DNA of 64,000 nucleotides from Octopus bimaculoides (Eukaryota), in contig NC_068988.1 in NCBI RefSeq assembly GCF_001194135.2, forward strand, positions 40,168,827 through 40,232,826. The letters are read 5' to 3'. Positions within the stretch are counted from its first letter, which is position 1. Each line of letters starts with the position of its first letter. Below the pieces are notes generated by a model, which ran no database searches, was not told the DNA's origin, and saw nothing but the letters and a program-made list of their open reading frames with translations. Of this stretch, positions 37,263 through 51,870 are shown in pieces. A program made the position numbers and the translations under genes.

Positions 37263-38872
37263 AACATTCTATGTATTTATGTAATTTTCACTTGTCTTGC
37301 CCGTATATGTATATATATATCTCTCTCCTGTCTATCTTTCTTACCTTTCTTCCACCCCCTTACTATCTTTCGTTCTTTCTCCCTTTTCCTCTGCCTTTTT
37401 GCTTTCCGTGACTACAGGGCATTATTTTCTTACCTATGTCTTTTCTGTGCGCGACACGTACTTAACTGGACCCCATCTTCTTCTTGCCTCCCGACATATG
37501 TTTTCTCTCTCATTTTTTCTCTTCAACTATTTTTTGCTCTTGTATTTACTCTATATCTTTTCAAAATTTTTTCCAGGCATTACCCATTACAATGCGACTT
37601 GGCCTAACGGCACTTAATGTCTTTCTTCGTCGATTGTAAACTCCATACATCTACTCTGTCGTTGTTTGTTCGTTCGAAGCTCTAACTCTTCAGATATTTT
37701 ATATTTTAAAAATTTCTGAATGCTGTAGTTTAATGAAATTTTCTTATATTGTTGTTGAAAACTCAAAATAGAGAGTAATTAACAGTCGACAACTGAGGAG
37801 AGGTAAAACTTCTTGTGGTATTTTGTCCCGTACTTGTCTCTCATTAAGTGTTTACGTATTTTTCACTCGCTGGTGATGTCATGTACTTAATGGTTTTTTT
37901 NNNNNNNNNNNNNNNNNNNNNNNNNNNNNNNNNNNNNNNNNNNNNNNNNNNNNNNNNNNNNNNNNNNNNNNNNNNNNNNNNNNNNNNNNNNNNNNNNNNN
38001 NNNNNNNNNNNNNNNNNNNNNNNNNNNNNNNNNNNNNNNNNNNNNNNNNNNNNNNNNNNNNNNNNNNNNNNNNNNNNNNNNNNNNNNNNNNNNNNNNNNN
38101 NNNNNNNNNNNNNNNNNNNNNNNNNNNNNNNNNNNNNNNNTATATATATAATGTTGTGCATGCGCGTTTGTGAGAGTATTATATTACCTTTGTCAAATGT
38201 ATTGAGTTTAAGCGTTTTCCTCATATTTTTATTTACCTGTAATCGCCTATCCTCAGGGGACGAAGTTTGTCTTCCGTAGTGAACATTGAAAATAAACAAG
38301 GTGGTGTCTGGATATTTGCATTTCATTGTCGAACTAAGATCACACGTATTCCACACATATGGTGCGGAGAAGAGTTACACATTTAAATGATTATTCCGTC
38401 TCACAAATTGACTTTAGCTATAATGTCCCATTAAAACAATGCAATTACCGTATTCTTACTTCTTTTCTTGCACTGGAACTCGAAGTCACGCAATGCTGAC
38501 ATAAAATCTAAGAAATAAATTGCATATATGTCTGTTGACCTTAAATTACACCATGTAACAAACTTTTTTTTTATAAGTGTTATTAGATAATTGCTTATGC
38601 TGCAACACTGTGGAGAAAATGTCTATTATTTCCTTCAAATTTGGTTTTGTGACCTGTATAATGATATTTTGAAATGTACTCATTTCCCATGGGAAAACTT
38701 AATTTGCTCATGTTTATTCCTGTATGATCAGTGTAGTACAACTGTGTGGAGATATTCTTTAACCTCCCATCCACAGTTATCATACATCAAGGCACCTAAC
38801 TCGGTCTTAACGCTGTCTTAATCCTTTAAATCGCACTGAGCGAGGTAAAAGATTCTTTATTTTTTATATTTT

Positions 38873-39222
38873 TTAACTTGTTTCAATAATCTTACTGTGG
38901 ACATGCTGGAGCACCGCTTTGAAGAGTTTTAGTCGAACAAACCGACTTATTCTTTGTAAGCCTTGTACTTATTCTATCGGTGTCTTTTGTCGAAATGCTG
39001 GTTACAGAGACGTAAATGCAGCAAAACTTGTTGTCAAGCAGTGATCGAGAGCAAATACAAGCACAAAGTCACACATACAGATATATTCATATGTAAATAT
39101 ACGACAGGCTTCCTTCAGTTTTCGTATATCAAATCCACTCGCAAGGCTTTGGTCGCCCGAGGCTATGGAAGAAGACACTTCGCCAAGGTGCCACGCAGTG
39201 AGACGGCACCTAGAACCATATG
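38873..39222 (-). mobile_element. SINE family 1, near full length
   Basis: Reverse complement of both halves of the 42598-43009 copy (catgctggagcaccgc ... aaggtgccacgcagtgagac). Confidence 0.75.
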
Positions 39223-40286
39223 TTATTTTGTATTTTAGATATGGCACTTAAAATTTTTAGGTTTCCATTTTGTAATTTACAACACTAATTCTAATACAAG
39301 AAAGAACACAACTATCCCTGCATCATGTTTTTATATAGAGAGAGTATGTTCTCATAGCCAATTAATGGGTTTTCATGACTTATCAACCTAACCCTGCAAA
39401 TTTCCAATGGCGCTTGCATGTCGAGCAGTAAAATGCATAGCCAGTAAAATTGAGACGCTTAGTACCATTTTATTTTTTGCAAAAATTATTGAATAGAATT
39501 TATTTTATGCAGAAAACACGATAATTACTGGAAAGTCATGTAGCAGCACAAAAGTAGACAGCGGCGTACATTTCATATGCATATGTGTGTCTGGAATGTA
39601 TCTATGTGTGTGGTGGGGTGCGTACATGTGTTAAAATATGTACATGGGAGTATATACCTAAAACAACTACACAGTATATATTTTAGTTAATAAGTACGTC
39701 CGCATCTATGTGCATGTGTACATATTTAGTTATAATTATAGATTCTTTGGAGTGGAGTACTGATTTTATATAATAAGAAAAAGGAGCCAATCAGAATGTT
39801 GGATAAATTTAGAGATTTTATCTCGTTTCAAATATTCATCGGGAGTAATTGTTTTATAGAAAATTTATGCATTTTATATAGATGTCGAGATGAAATGGGA
39901 AGAGAATGTTCTTTGATAATTTGAATTTATGTGAGTGTATATATATATATATATGTATATCTGTGTGTGCGCGCGCGCGTGCATGTGTCAGTGTCTGTAT
40001 GTATGTGTGTGTGTTGAATGTTTAGAGGTGCGGTTAGATTGTGAAAAAGAAAAGACAGAATGAAAGAAAGAAAAGGGTCTATTTCTTAAATGGCTGAAAT
40101 TGCATTGTCTTTTTTGGTCAGTTATATGCTACTCAGCTTAAGAAAGGATTTTTCTGAGATGGTTCAAATTGATGATCGCGCAGGAGGTCAATGTTTTTTA
40201 GACGTCGTACTTTTCTTGTCAGTTTCATGTTATCCATCTGTAGAAAATTTGTTTTGAAGGTTTCTTTTGTGTGTGTGTGTTTAAGC

Positions 40287-40335
<49 letters not shown>

Positions 40336-42149
40336 TGTGTGTGTGTATATGTGTGTGTGTTGTTTGTTGATTGCTGAAGTGAATTTTTCCAGTTATTTTA
40401 CTAACAGTAATGAGAATATGATAATAAGCATTTCCCATATGTTCATTAATATATATTTTTATGTGCTTACTTTAAGTAAGAATTTTTGGATAAAATGTAG
40501 ATCCATTCCCTTACAGGATTTGACGAATTCTTTTTGTTTGATGCATTGTCTGTGGATAGTTGCACTTTGGCAAAGGGGAGTATTGATTTCACCAATATAA
40601 TTTGCTTTGCAATTGGAGTAGGTCACGCAGTATATAATCGCCTGGAAACTTCTGTAGTAATTTGATAAAAAGTAAAACTTTACCTATATTAAGGTATAGA
40701 TTGAAACTGAAACATTATAATTTTATGTAAAAAAAACATCTAAGTTATGTTATATGCACAAGATTAATGCAGGGATAAATATAAATATTAGTCATTTAAC
40801 TAAATGCAAATACAAGTATTTTAATTATTTTTAGAAAATTAATAGAAACATATAGGTTTCGTGTTTCAGTACAAGCACAGCGACGAAATGGTTAAATGTA
40901 TTGAAAATAACTCCTTTACAGTGCAATTTATAATTTTGGCGGAGACTACAGTAATCAATTTGTTTTAGTTATGGCTATCTTTGAAAATATTTTGTACAGA
41001 GCTTGTATCCATTTTTCTCATTTTTGTATTTAAGACAACAGAGATGAAATGATTTCAAGATCTATCGTGCAATTTGAGCTGCTATACAGAGGTTGTTGAA
41101 TATGTAACAGAAATAAGAGAGAAAATAAGTAGGTGTTTGTGATAGCAATATCCCTAGTGTTCGTCATGGTCAGGTCATAGAAACTATCATAATCGTGGCT
41201 TTGTGCAAATGGACAGAGGAGGGAAGACAGAGAGGTAGTGGAATGCTTGATGGAACTGAAATTGCTGACATTGTTAGTATTACTGAAAGCAGCGCTATGT
41301 TAGAATCATTGCTTAGCTTCATGTCAGCTCTCATCAATAAGGACATTAATGATAATATTCCAGCCATGGAACATCGCATATTGTTTTAAGATAATATCCT
41401 GAATTGCAATAAATAATGTGACCTTTGTTTTATTTCTACGGAGATAGTATCATGGCATACGTAAGAAGCAGAAGGATATTTTGTGTGACATTATATCGAT
41501 TATGTCGATCCACTGACCTTTGTTATTATTGTCGTATTGACCGTCATTGATTTAATGGTAGGGTGATAAATCTATTTAAAATAAATCATTGCTATTTCTC
41601 CATCTTTCTTCATTTCCCCTTCATAATTCTCGCCAACTATGTACATATACATATATAGCAAACATACATACATGTATGTATATGCAAGTCTATATGCATA
41701 TGTGTATGTATATACACATATGTATGCATACATATATCGTATCAGGACTATTACCCTCTCCCCATAGGACAATTCCTCCCGAAAACAACTACCCCTTAGG
41801 ACAATTACACCCCCTTGGTTAACTACCTCCTCTCCAATATATTAAGAAATTTTCAATAATCATCTGTTGTTCCCAAGAACTGCTATGATCTTCCGCTTTC
41901 ATTTTCCTGTTTTACTATTTAATTCTATTTACACTTACGTTTGTATGACTACATTTTAAATGCTTTGATGACTTTAACAACAGCCCCTTTATACTTTATT
42001 TTATTATACTCTAACAGCTTAAGGCTTGTTTTGAATTCCTAAATCCTGACTCCTTTCTTACCTGTTACACGCCTATATTCGACGTATCTTTACCTACATG
42101 CATATGCTCTGTGTGAGCGTGTATATCAGTATGGATGTGCATGTACTTG

Positions 42150-42214
<65 letters not shown>

Positions 42215-42597
42215 CAGTATGGATGTGAATATATTTGTGCGTATGTGTAGGTCAGTGTGGATGTGTATATATTTGAGTGTGTATGTGTGTGTGTGTGTAT
42301 TCTTTCCAATTCTTTTATTCACTCTCCGACTTATCATTTTGCATTCTCTATATTATCCTTTTATTTCTGATTTTTTTTTAATATGTTTATTAATATTGTT
42401 CCTCAAAGCAAAGATTTCCTCGTCTAGTTATGATAAATGCTAATCCATAAATACAGCTTTTAATAGCTGTCAATATATAGAATACTATCTAATGCAGATG
42501 TAAAAATAAAATGACTTCCATAAATACATAAACCACAACAACACCAACAATAGCGACAACGTGATATAGAACGGAGAACAATATAGAAAAAAATTGA

Positions 42598-43009
42598 TAG
42601 GAGTGGCTGTGTGGTAAGTAGCTTGCTTACCAACCACATGGTACCGGGTTCAGTCCCACTGCGTGGCACCTTGGGCAAGTGTCTTCTACTATAGCCTCGG
42701 GCCGACCAAAGCCTTGTGAGTGGATTTGGTAGACGGAAACTGAAAGAAGCCCGTCATATATATGTATATATATATATATGTGTGTGTGTGTTTGTGTGTC
42801 TGTGTTTGTCCTCCTAGCATTGCTTGACAACCGATGCTGGTGTGTTTATGTCCCCGTCACTTAGCGGTTCGGCAAAAAGAGACCGATAGAATAAGTACTA
42901 GGCTTCCAAAGATTAAGTCCCGGGGTCGATTTGCTCGACTAAAGGCGGTGCTCCAGCATGGCCGCAGTCAAATGACTGAAACAAGTAAAAGAGTAAAAGA
43001 GTAAAAGAG
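42598..43009 (+). mobile_element. Full-length tRNA-derived SINE (family 1) with central (TA)n(TG)n and (GAGTAAAA)n tail
   Basis: ggagtggctgtgtggtaagtagc...ggttcagtcccactgcg head, microsatellite linker, 3' half ending aagtaaaagagtaaaagagtaaaagag. Confidence 0.85.
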
Positions 43010-43354
43010 ATATCAATAATAACAACGATCCGACGATAATACGTAATCCTTTCTTTATCTAAAGCAACCTTTTAGCAATGCATGATATATAATTTTCTTT
43101 CGTGTTTTAATATCGTCAGGTGACTCTACTTAATCAATATATTGGATAAATCGATTGGAGAGCTCGGATTTTGTGAAGACTAATTGAGAAGTATAGCAGA
43201 GTTGAATAATGAAGCAAGTGTCAGGGAAGAAACTTGTTGTATATATTTATCGATGCCGTTAATATTATTAATAAGGTTGTTGCTACTGGTTGTTTGTTTA
43301 GTGTGTCAATCGTTGATATTGTTGTAGTTATTGCCTTTGTCGTTGATGGTGTGA

Positions 43355-43386
<32 letters not shown>

Positions 43387-43389
43387 GCA

Positions 43390-43618
43390 GTAGTAGTAGT
43401 AGTAGTAGTAAATCTTCAGTTAAGAATAACCATGGGATTGCACCAAAAAAGGTTCCCCTCCGAGACACAAGTCCGGCCATACTAGCCGCTCCTCTCCACA
43501 CCATCGATGGTATCCAAGGGAAAGCCAAAAGCCGATAGAATTTGGCACCCGAGACGACGCAATTCATTTCTACAGCTGAGTGAACTGGAGCAACGTGAAA
43601 TAAAGTGTCTTGCTGAAA
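43390..43618 (-). mobile_element. 3' part of a SINE embedded in (TAG)n
   Basis: gctgagtgaactggagcaacgtgaaataaagtgtcttgct core; (TAG)n arrays on both flanks. Confidence 0.6.
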
Positions 43619-43670
<52 letters not shown>

Positions 43671-44080
43671 CACAACAATATCGATATTTGTTACTATGAA
43701 TGCTGTGCAAGGTGACGAAATGATAGAAACAGTTAAGAAACGAAGTCAGGATATATTTCCAGATTCAGTTCGATCTGCTTTCCTGTGTCTTTCAGTATAA
43801 AGTTAGCATATTTGGCGAGTCAGTTTCCCTATCACTATTTACGTTTGAATTCATTTCAATTAATGTATCTTAATATACGCTATGAATATTCTGCTTCCCT
43901 TGTGTTCATCTACAGAATAACTGAATATCAATGAAAAAGAAAGTAGTATTAAAAAGAAAGTATAGAGACTTAATTTTACCGTATCTACTTTGTCTTGTAC
44001 TAAAAATACATGACGGCGTGTTTTCTCAGATTTGTTAACCAATACTACGAAATAGCAACAGTAATTAATTGCAACGTCTG

Positions 44081-44156
44081 GTATACTATAATACAATATA
44101 GCCTAGTATACTATAATACAATATAGCCTATTATTATACTATAATACAATATAGCA
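44081..44156. repeat. 25 bp tandem repeat x3 (gtatactataatacaatatagccta)
   Basis: Two identical units at 44081 and 44106 and a third variant unit. Confidence 0.9.
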
Positions 44157-44967
44157 TGTAAGTTTATGATAATTGTTCACATGCTACATACAATTTAAAT
44201 GAAAATTATGTACAAATGTTTTGATATTCATGTATATGTATAAACTATAGCCCGGCTTTGCCCAGGATTAAGTTAGGATTATTAAGCTAATCAAGTTCTT
44301 TATTTCAAACCAAACTAAGTAACATCGATGTCAAATTTGAGCAGAATCAGTGTTGCAACTGGAGCGCATGGGTTGGGAGTTTGATCGGCAGAGGTGATCA
44401 GGTTACACATGCCAGCCCTTAGAAAACACCAGCGCCATCATCTAACCCCTCTTTACCCATGGGTTGGGAACCCTTCCAGCAAGGAAAATAGAATGCCCAA
44501 AAGGGCTCCCGATTCGCTGTGTCAGAAGTGGTTATGTTCAGATCACAACTAAGTCATAAGTATATGTGTATATATATAAATGGGCATCACACACACACAC
44601 ACACATACACACACGTACGTACGTACACCAATTGGATACATATTTTTTGTGCGCATACATATTCGTATGTGTGTGTGTTGCCCATATATCATCAATAACT
44701 AGAATGAAGAAAGTGTTCGAGGGATAGAAATACATGTTGACACTAATAAACTTTCAACTATAGGCACAACGCCTAAAATGTTGTGGGAGGGGAACTTGTC
44801 GATTACATCGATGGCAGTGTCCAACTGGTACTCATTTCATCAAATCCGAAATGATTAAAGGCAAAGTTGACCTTAGCGGAATTTGAACTCATAACGTAAG
44901 GACAGCCGAATGCACGAACATCGGAATTCTTACGAGCCACTTCCATCTGCACCAGCAAATGTATAGT

Positions 44968-45187
44968 TTTACTTTTATTTGTTTCGTCATTAGAATGTGT
45001 CCATGCGGGACACCGTCTCGACGAACTTTAGTCAAATGTATCGACCCCAGTACTTTATTTTTTAAAGTCAAGTACTTATTCTATCGACTACTTTTGCCGA
45101 AACGCTAAGTTACTGCGACGTAGACACATCAACACCGGTTGTCAAGTGGTGGCGGGAGAGCAAACATGGACAGAAAAGCACAGACAT
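44968..45187 (-). mobile_element. SINE family 1, 3' half
   Basis: tactttattt...agtacttattctatcgactacttttgccgaaacgctaagttac...caccggttgtcaag is the reverse complement of the 42830-43000 region. Confidence 0.65.
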
Positions 45188-46730
45188 ATGTGTATATATA
45201 TATATATATATATAGAGTTATTAATATTTCTACTCTGCATTGACAAGGGGCNNNNNNNNNNNNNNNNNNNNNNNNNNNNNNNNNNNNNNNNNNNNNNNNN
45301 NNNNNNNNNNNNNNNNNNNNNNNNNNNNNNNNNNNNNNNNNNNNNNNNNNNNNNNNNNNNNNNNNNNNNNNNNNNNNNNNNNNNNNNNNNNNNNNNNNNN
45401 NNNNNNNNNNNNNNNNNNNNNNNNNNNNNNNNNNNNNNNNNNNNNNNNNNNNNNNNNNNNNNNNNNNNNNNNNNNNNNNNNNNNNNNNNNNNNNNNNNNN
45501 NNNNNNNNNNNNNNNNNNNNNNNNNNNNNNNNNNNNNNNNNNNNNNNNNNNNNNNNNNNNNNNNNNNNNNNNNNNNNNNNNNNNNNNNNNNNNNNNNNNN
45601 NNNNNNNNNNNNNNNNNNNNNNNNNNNNNNNNNNNNNNNNNNNNNNNNNNNNNNNNNNNNNNNNNNNNNNNNNNNNNNNNNNNNNNNNNNNNNNNNNNNN
45701 NNNNNNNNNNNNNNNNNNNNNNNNNNNNNNNNNNNNNNNNNNNNNNNNNNNNNNNNNNNNNNNNNNNNNNNNNNNNNNNNNNNNNNNNNNNNNNNNNNNN
45801 NNNNNNNNNNNNNNNNNNNNNNNNNNNNNNNNNNNNNNNNNNNNNNNNNNNNNNNNNNNNNNNNNNNNNNNNNNNNNNNNNNNNNNNNNNNNNNNNNNNN
45901 NNNNNNNNNNNNNNNNNNNNNNNNNNNNNNNNNNNNNNNNNNNNNNNNNNNNNNNNNNNNNNNNNNNNNNNNNNNNNNNNNNNNNNNNNNNNNNNNNNNN
46001 NNNNNNNNNNNNNNNNNNNNNNNNNNNNNNNNNNNNNNNNNNNNNNNNNNNNNNNNNNNNNNNNNNNNNNNNNNNNNNNNNNNNNNNNNNNNNNNNNNNN
46101 NNNNNNNNNNNNNNNNNNNNNNNNNNNNNNNNNNNNNNNNNNNNNNNNNNNNNNNNNNNNNNNNNCTCATTCCAAACACAGTTTTAATACATACTTAAGA
46201 AAACTATTAAAATAAAACGTCAGAGTTGTCTACCTTCTTTATCCTGTAAAGGGGCATAACACTGACAAACTATGGACTTTATGAGTTACTTCCCTTGAAA
46301 TTGTTAACTTTTAAAATCTAATAAACGGAATAAAAAAAACATTCCAACCATTTTCGAGAAAAACTGAGTTGTATTAGATATAGAGTGTGAATTTATAAGT
46401 GATTATCATTAATAATATTCTAGTCTTGTGATATTCATTTACTGGCTTCCGTACTTGAATCGCGACTATACTGAAGCAACCATGACATGCAATTAAATTA
46501 TTAAAATCGCAAAAGTCAATCTGCGGGATTTATGAACATAAAGCGACACAACGAAACATCTTTCAATTAATTAATAAATATTTACTGAATCTGTCTGTTG
46601 GGAGTTTTTTATGTTATTACACCGTTATTTCATTTAGAGCTTATACTGAGCATCACCAAAATTATATACACTAAATGATTATAGTATCAGCGTTTTAGAA
46701 GATACCTATCTTTTAGAAAATTTATTAGAA

Positions 46731-47369
46731 ACTAGCTGAGGTACTCGGTAAAAAATTACCGTTAATAAGATGTATGTTTATAGCCATGAAGTATTTTTCG
46801 TCAAATTTCGACATTTTTCAAAAATTTAAAATCAAGATTAATGACTGGGACCAACTTGACGAAAAAATTACATGAGTCTGGTAGCGACCCGTGTCGTCAT
46901 TTTTCTGTATGTGCGTAAAATGGCGAAATTTTCCTCTTTGGGGCAAATTTCGTCAAATTAATATCACGATGGCTACTGTGCGAAATGCCTAATAAAAACC
47001 TGAAATGCTGGGGAATTAAAACAACGAACTGAAATGTTAAGTTTTAACAAATCAAAAAATTCGCATTGAAATGAAGAATTAGCTAATGCTAAATAGATTG
47101 TCGTTAACAAGATGTCTGTTTATACTCGTAATACATTTTTCGTTAAATTGATGTCACGATGGTTAGTGCGAAAAATGCCGAAATTTCACCAATTTTGAAA
47201 AATCGAGGCTGATTGAAAATCAATTTTTTTAAAATTCCAAGTCCGTAAGTCACCGCATGAACATAACCAACCACACGTGTTGAGTTTCATGAAGGCCTGT
47301 TGGATAGTCTCGGAGGAGTTAAAGTAACAAATTCACAAACACACAAACTTTCCATTTATTATTATAGAT
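46731..47369 (+). mobile_element. Non-autonomous Helitron/Helentron-like element (Lep1/DINE-1 style)
   Basis: Starts actagctgag with a nearby hairpin cggtaa-aaaa-ttaccg; ends cacacaaactttccatttattattatagat, the terminal pattern of this class. Confidence 0.5.
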
Positions 47370-47379
47370 TATTCTGAGT

Positions 47380-48320
47380 ATCTAAAGAACAGAGGTTTTC
47401 AACCTGGTGATTGTTCTTTTACAGTCCATGGCGATTTAGACGCCCGAATAGAATCGAGAGTATCTGGAAATATTTTGTTAGTATTTGCATGCGCATTAAT
47501 GGTTGCTGTATTGCTGGTTACCTCCTGTGAACTGTATCGTTTAATAATTTGTATGAAAATATCTAGTGACTTCATGTCCAATGAATCCAGAGGTTATTCT
47601 ATCGAACCTCTTTGCTTGTCTAGATCTCATCGATGTAGACCTTTGCATTACTTTAGTAGTCAGTGTGTAGGTGGTCCCGTTTTGCTGGAAATAAAATTCC
47701 ACATTTTCAACGTCACAGTAAGTTCAGAGACATGAGACCAGTCATAGTACCGTCAAAAATGTATGGTCTTATTGATCCCTTTGATGCTAAACCACACCAT
47801 TCTGTTATTCTTAGGTCCCCAGTAAGTACAGTTCCGAAGATTAATTGGACCATTGAGCTTAAATGTAGCACCATCTCGAGAAACAATCTTTGCTGGAAAC
47901 TGTGCATTTATACACATCTTGCTTCATACGACTTCCAAAACTGCTCCTTTCGATGCAGATTCCTCCACTGTAACTTTTCCGATGGAAGTTTTTCTAACTG
48001 CGATGCAAGTTTCATTTTCAAATTCTTGTCTCACTATTTTAAAATTCTTTTCGCCACACAGATTTTCTTGAACCCTAGCAATGCGTTTCTCGCGCCCTTT
48101 CTTGCTTTGAAGGGCTTGTTGATGTCCTTGGCTTTCTGGAAGTTTCCTTGGGGATATTTCTAAGAGTTTATCTGCCTAAAACTTTATCTCTAAGTCGAGT
48201 AATGGTAATTCGCATATGGAGATGTATCTGAAACGCAGTAGTAAACCGCCTTTGCACTTTAACTGTGTTTTCAAAGTTCCTGAGTAAAAATATACCCAGT
48301 GCAGAGTTTAGTGTGGATTC
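47380..48320 (-). mobile_element. Decayed Tc1/mariner-superfamily transposon of DUF4817/rosa type
   Basis: ENTVKVQRRF...ITITRLRDK (HTH), [40 protein letters not shown] and FQQTGPPTH; many stops. Confidence 0.7.
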
Positions 48321-49574
48321 CTTTCATTATTTACAATAGGTTAAATCTAAAAAAGCAAAAATGAAATTAATTGAGTTGTGTATACGCACAAACGCGCGCG
48401 CGCGCGCACACGCATATGCACGCGCGCATGTGAATGTGTATATATATGCTTGTATATGAATGCATATAAAGGAATAGTCTGCATCGCCTGCAAGAAGCAT
48501 AAAAACATCTGGCACTAATGGTAAACCTTTCTGATAGGCCTGAAATTTTGAAAGAGGGTTATTCCATTACATTGCCCCCGTGCTCAACTAGTACTTATTT
48601 CATGAACCATGAAAGGGTGAATTGCAAAGTCAAAAATTTCAACATAGAATATAAAGCTGGACGAAATGTCACTAAGCATTTGGTCCGGTGTGTTGATGGT
48701 TTTGCAATCTCACTGCCTTTATAATCACTTATTATAATAGTTGTGAAAAACCAATGTTGTTTTGGATATGTTAAGAACGACTGTCGGTTGCAGAAAGGAA
48801 GATCACACTGTCAAAGCATGTTCTTTTGCTCTTCGTCACATTCCCTTGTACACTTCCTCTCCAGGTCGCTTTAGCAAAAATCTCTCGAAAGGATATTATT
48901 GCTACTTGTGTAACAACTGGGGTTTCTGCTATGCAGCGCCAGTCGTATTGCTTTCACTTTCGAATTCAAGATGAAGTGCAGCTTTGAGATGGTTGTATTG
49001 CGTGGATCATCAGAAGCTGCATCTCTATCGTGATCACCACTCGCCTCATATTTTTCGTCTACTCGGTGCACACAACAAATCTACAGTACTTCAACGTTAA
49101 AAAAGATCCATTGGGAAAATGGAAGGCGTACTAAATTGACTTCTCAGTTAGCACCGTCCTCAAACCTAAAAACCCAACACAAATTCCAATACACGTCACT
49201 TTGCTCAGAACTTCTGTTAACTTCTCGCTTGAGTGTTAACTGAAATTTCTCACTGAGGATTTCATGCCTTCTTCGATAATGTCAGCAGTCAAGGAGAGGT
49301 TATTCAATTTGACGTACATTTCTACCGGGTGAGCAACATTGGCAGGTATGAATAACCTGATTTTGTTTTGGTATAGCCGTTATTAACCAGCCTAGCATTT
49401 TTTTTAAAAACCGGTTCAAAATGTAGTCCAGAAAAAGAAGGTGTGTTGTCATCCGAGTATATGAAAGTATAAGGTATATTAATGCAAAGTATAGTACAAA
49501 AATACAACATATTAAGCATAATACAAAAATATCTAAAGATAAACATGGGTGGTTGCTTGAATGGTTCAGAATAC

Positions 49575-49654
<80 letters not shown>

Positions 49655-49659
<5 letters not shown>

Positions 49660-49972
49660 GCCTAATAATCGACGTAGCAGTGCCAGGAGATCAATATATT
49701 ATCATGAAAGAAAGAGAAAAAGTTGATAAATATGGAGACCTGAGAATTGAGATCGTTAAGGTGTGGCAGCTACGAGAGTCGAACATAAAGGTTATCCTTA
49801 TTGTCATCGTAGCATTGGATTCAATACTACCCAATGTGAAGAAACATCTGAAAACTTGAGAGATGCCCTACAATCTAGATGCATTACAAAAGTCGACATT
49901 ACTTAGAACTACACGCACATTGGCACAACACCTCAATCAACAGCCCACGATATTGTATACTGTGCGACGTCT

Positions 49973-49973
<1 letters not shown>
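49655..49973 (+). mobile_element. 5'-truncated Dong/R4-type LINE (third family)
   Basis: ECLIIDVAVPGDQYIIMKEREKVDKYGDLRIEIVKVWQL...LQKSTLLRT; (AAT)n on both sides. Confidence 0.8.
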
Positions 49974-50003
<30 letters not shown>

Positions 50004-50011
50004 TGATGATG

Positions 50012-50060
<49 letters not shown>

Positions 50061-50069
50061 TAAATTATT

Positions 50070-50587
50070 TTATTAGCCACAAGGGCTTACATAAAACAAC
50101 ATTAAAGGACATGCAACAGCATGAATGACAACACAGGACGAGATAAAGGTTTATCAGCGTGTAAACAAAACAATGACAATTAAACACTATAAAACTCACA
50201 AAGGGAGAGGCGCTTAAAGGTTCTCGCGGTAAAAACCACAAAAGCCACGGGTGCCTGATCAACAGGTAAAGAGCACTTCTTTTATTTATTTACAGTTGTA
50301 TGCGCAGAATTTGTCCTTTCACACTGGCCATTCTTCCAACATTCACCCATCTTTCAACAAACTTGCTAGAAGGCAACACTTCCCTCTCTACTCTCTTTTT
50401 CCTCTTCAAGTAAAACTTGAAGAAGTTTGATGAGTGCTTGGCCAAAATGGAAAGTGTCTGAATTTAGCCCTTTCAAACGAGTCCATCATACTACCTCTTT
50501 CACTACAGCCACCAAACAAATAAAAATTGCCTGACCCTCCCGGCAAAAGGAGGGCGGTAGGGCAATCTTCACTAAGGATTCGGCTTG
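50070..50587 (-). mobile_element. 3' end of a Tx1/L1-clade LINE
   Basis: QAESLVKIALPPSFCREGQAIFICLVAVVKEVV*WTRLKGL...VEREVLPSSKFVERWVNVGRMASVKGQIL followed by a 3' UTR; (ATT)n on both sides on its own strand. Confidence 0.6.
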
Positions 50588-50601
50588 ATAATAATAATAC
50601 A

Positions 50602-50682
<81 letters not shown>

Positions 50683-51559
50683 GGAGCTGTTTTGAATTTA
50701 TTGACAATAGAGAACCTAATTATATGAAAAATGGCATTTCTATTGTTTTGTCCAACACCTCTACATACATAGACACACATGCGCGCACATACCCACACAC
50801 ACACACATTCATACGTATATACATGTTTACATGTATATACATGTTTACATGTATATACATGTGACAGCGAGTGGCCAACCTAGTAGTTATGGTGATGGCC
50901 TCGCGAATGTAAAGTCAAAAGTGGTGCATTGTGTTCTTAAACATTGCATTTCTTTATTCAGTTGAAAATGTGTACCAGCCCAATATTGATGCAGCCCTTT
51001 CTAGCATCAGTGGTCACATTCTCGATATTCCTCTGGGTAAAGTTTGGGAAGGACATGAAAGTATCTATGCCTTCTTGCAACTAGAGAGGAGCCTATGACA
51101 AGTGAATCATCATAATCGCTAACGAATGAATGGTAACACTTTTTACACGCGCGCGCGCAAACACAGAGGCGCGCACAGACACAGACACACTCAGTGAGAC
51201 ATCCACAAAGACAAACATACACATTAATGATAATTAACCCGATCCACGTGACTTACAAACAACGGCTAACCACTGTTGACTGGCCGACTATATTTTCAAG
51301 ATGTATTTGCAGAGGACATGTTAGTGTGCTGGATTTATGAGTGATTGTGGTTGTTCGCATGAATTTGATGACAATCCGACAATCATACTAATCAACTATT
51401 TTGTATTTATTTTGCTACCCAGGTGTAAAAATTTGGAGGTGAGAAGTTGTAAAGTAATATCTCACAATATGATTGTGAACATATTTCAAAAGAAGGAGCG
51501 GGCATAGTTATGCGAAGTGAAATGCATGTGAGAAGAGGGTGTGACATTACAAAAGAGAG

Positions 51560-51870
51560 GAAAGAGAGATAGAGAGATAGAGAGAGAACGGCAGACAGAA
51601 AGAGAGAGAGAGAGAGAGAAAGGCAGACAGAAAGAGAGAGAGAGAAAGGCAGACAGAAAGATAGATAGATAGATAGACAGATAGATAGATAGATAGATAG
51701 ANNNNNNNNNNNNNNNNNNNNNNNNNNAGACAGAAAGAGAGAGAAAGGCAAACAGAAAGAGAGAGAAAGGCAGACAGAAAGAGAGAGAAAGGCAGACAGA
51801 AAGAGAGAGAAAGGCAGACAGAAAGAGAGAGAAAGGCAGACAGAAAGAGAGAGAGAGAGAGAGAGAATTG
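51560..51870. repeat. 22 bp GA-rich tandem repeat (cagaaagagagagaaaggcaga)n with (GATA)n and an N gap
   Basis: At least five consecutive units visible at 51729-51850. Confidence 0.9.

Noticed and set aside
41170-41389. ORF pair with a weak LINE RT-like segment
   Set aside because: Too degenerate to assign without alignment.
50959-51036. Phase 1-1 exon-like segment ENVYQPNIDAALSSISGHILDIPL
   Set aside because: Falls within a degenerate SINE body and downstream of the lectin stop.
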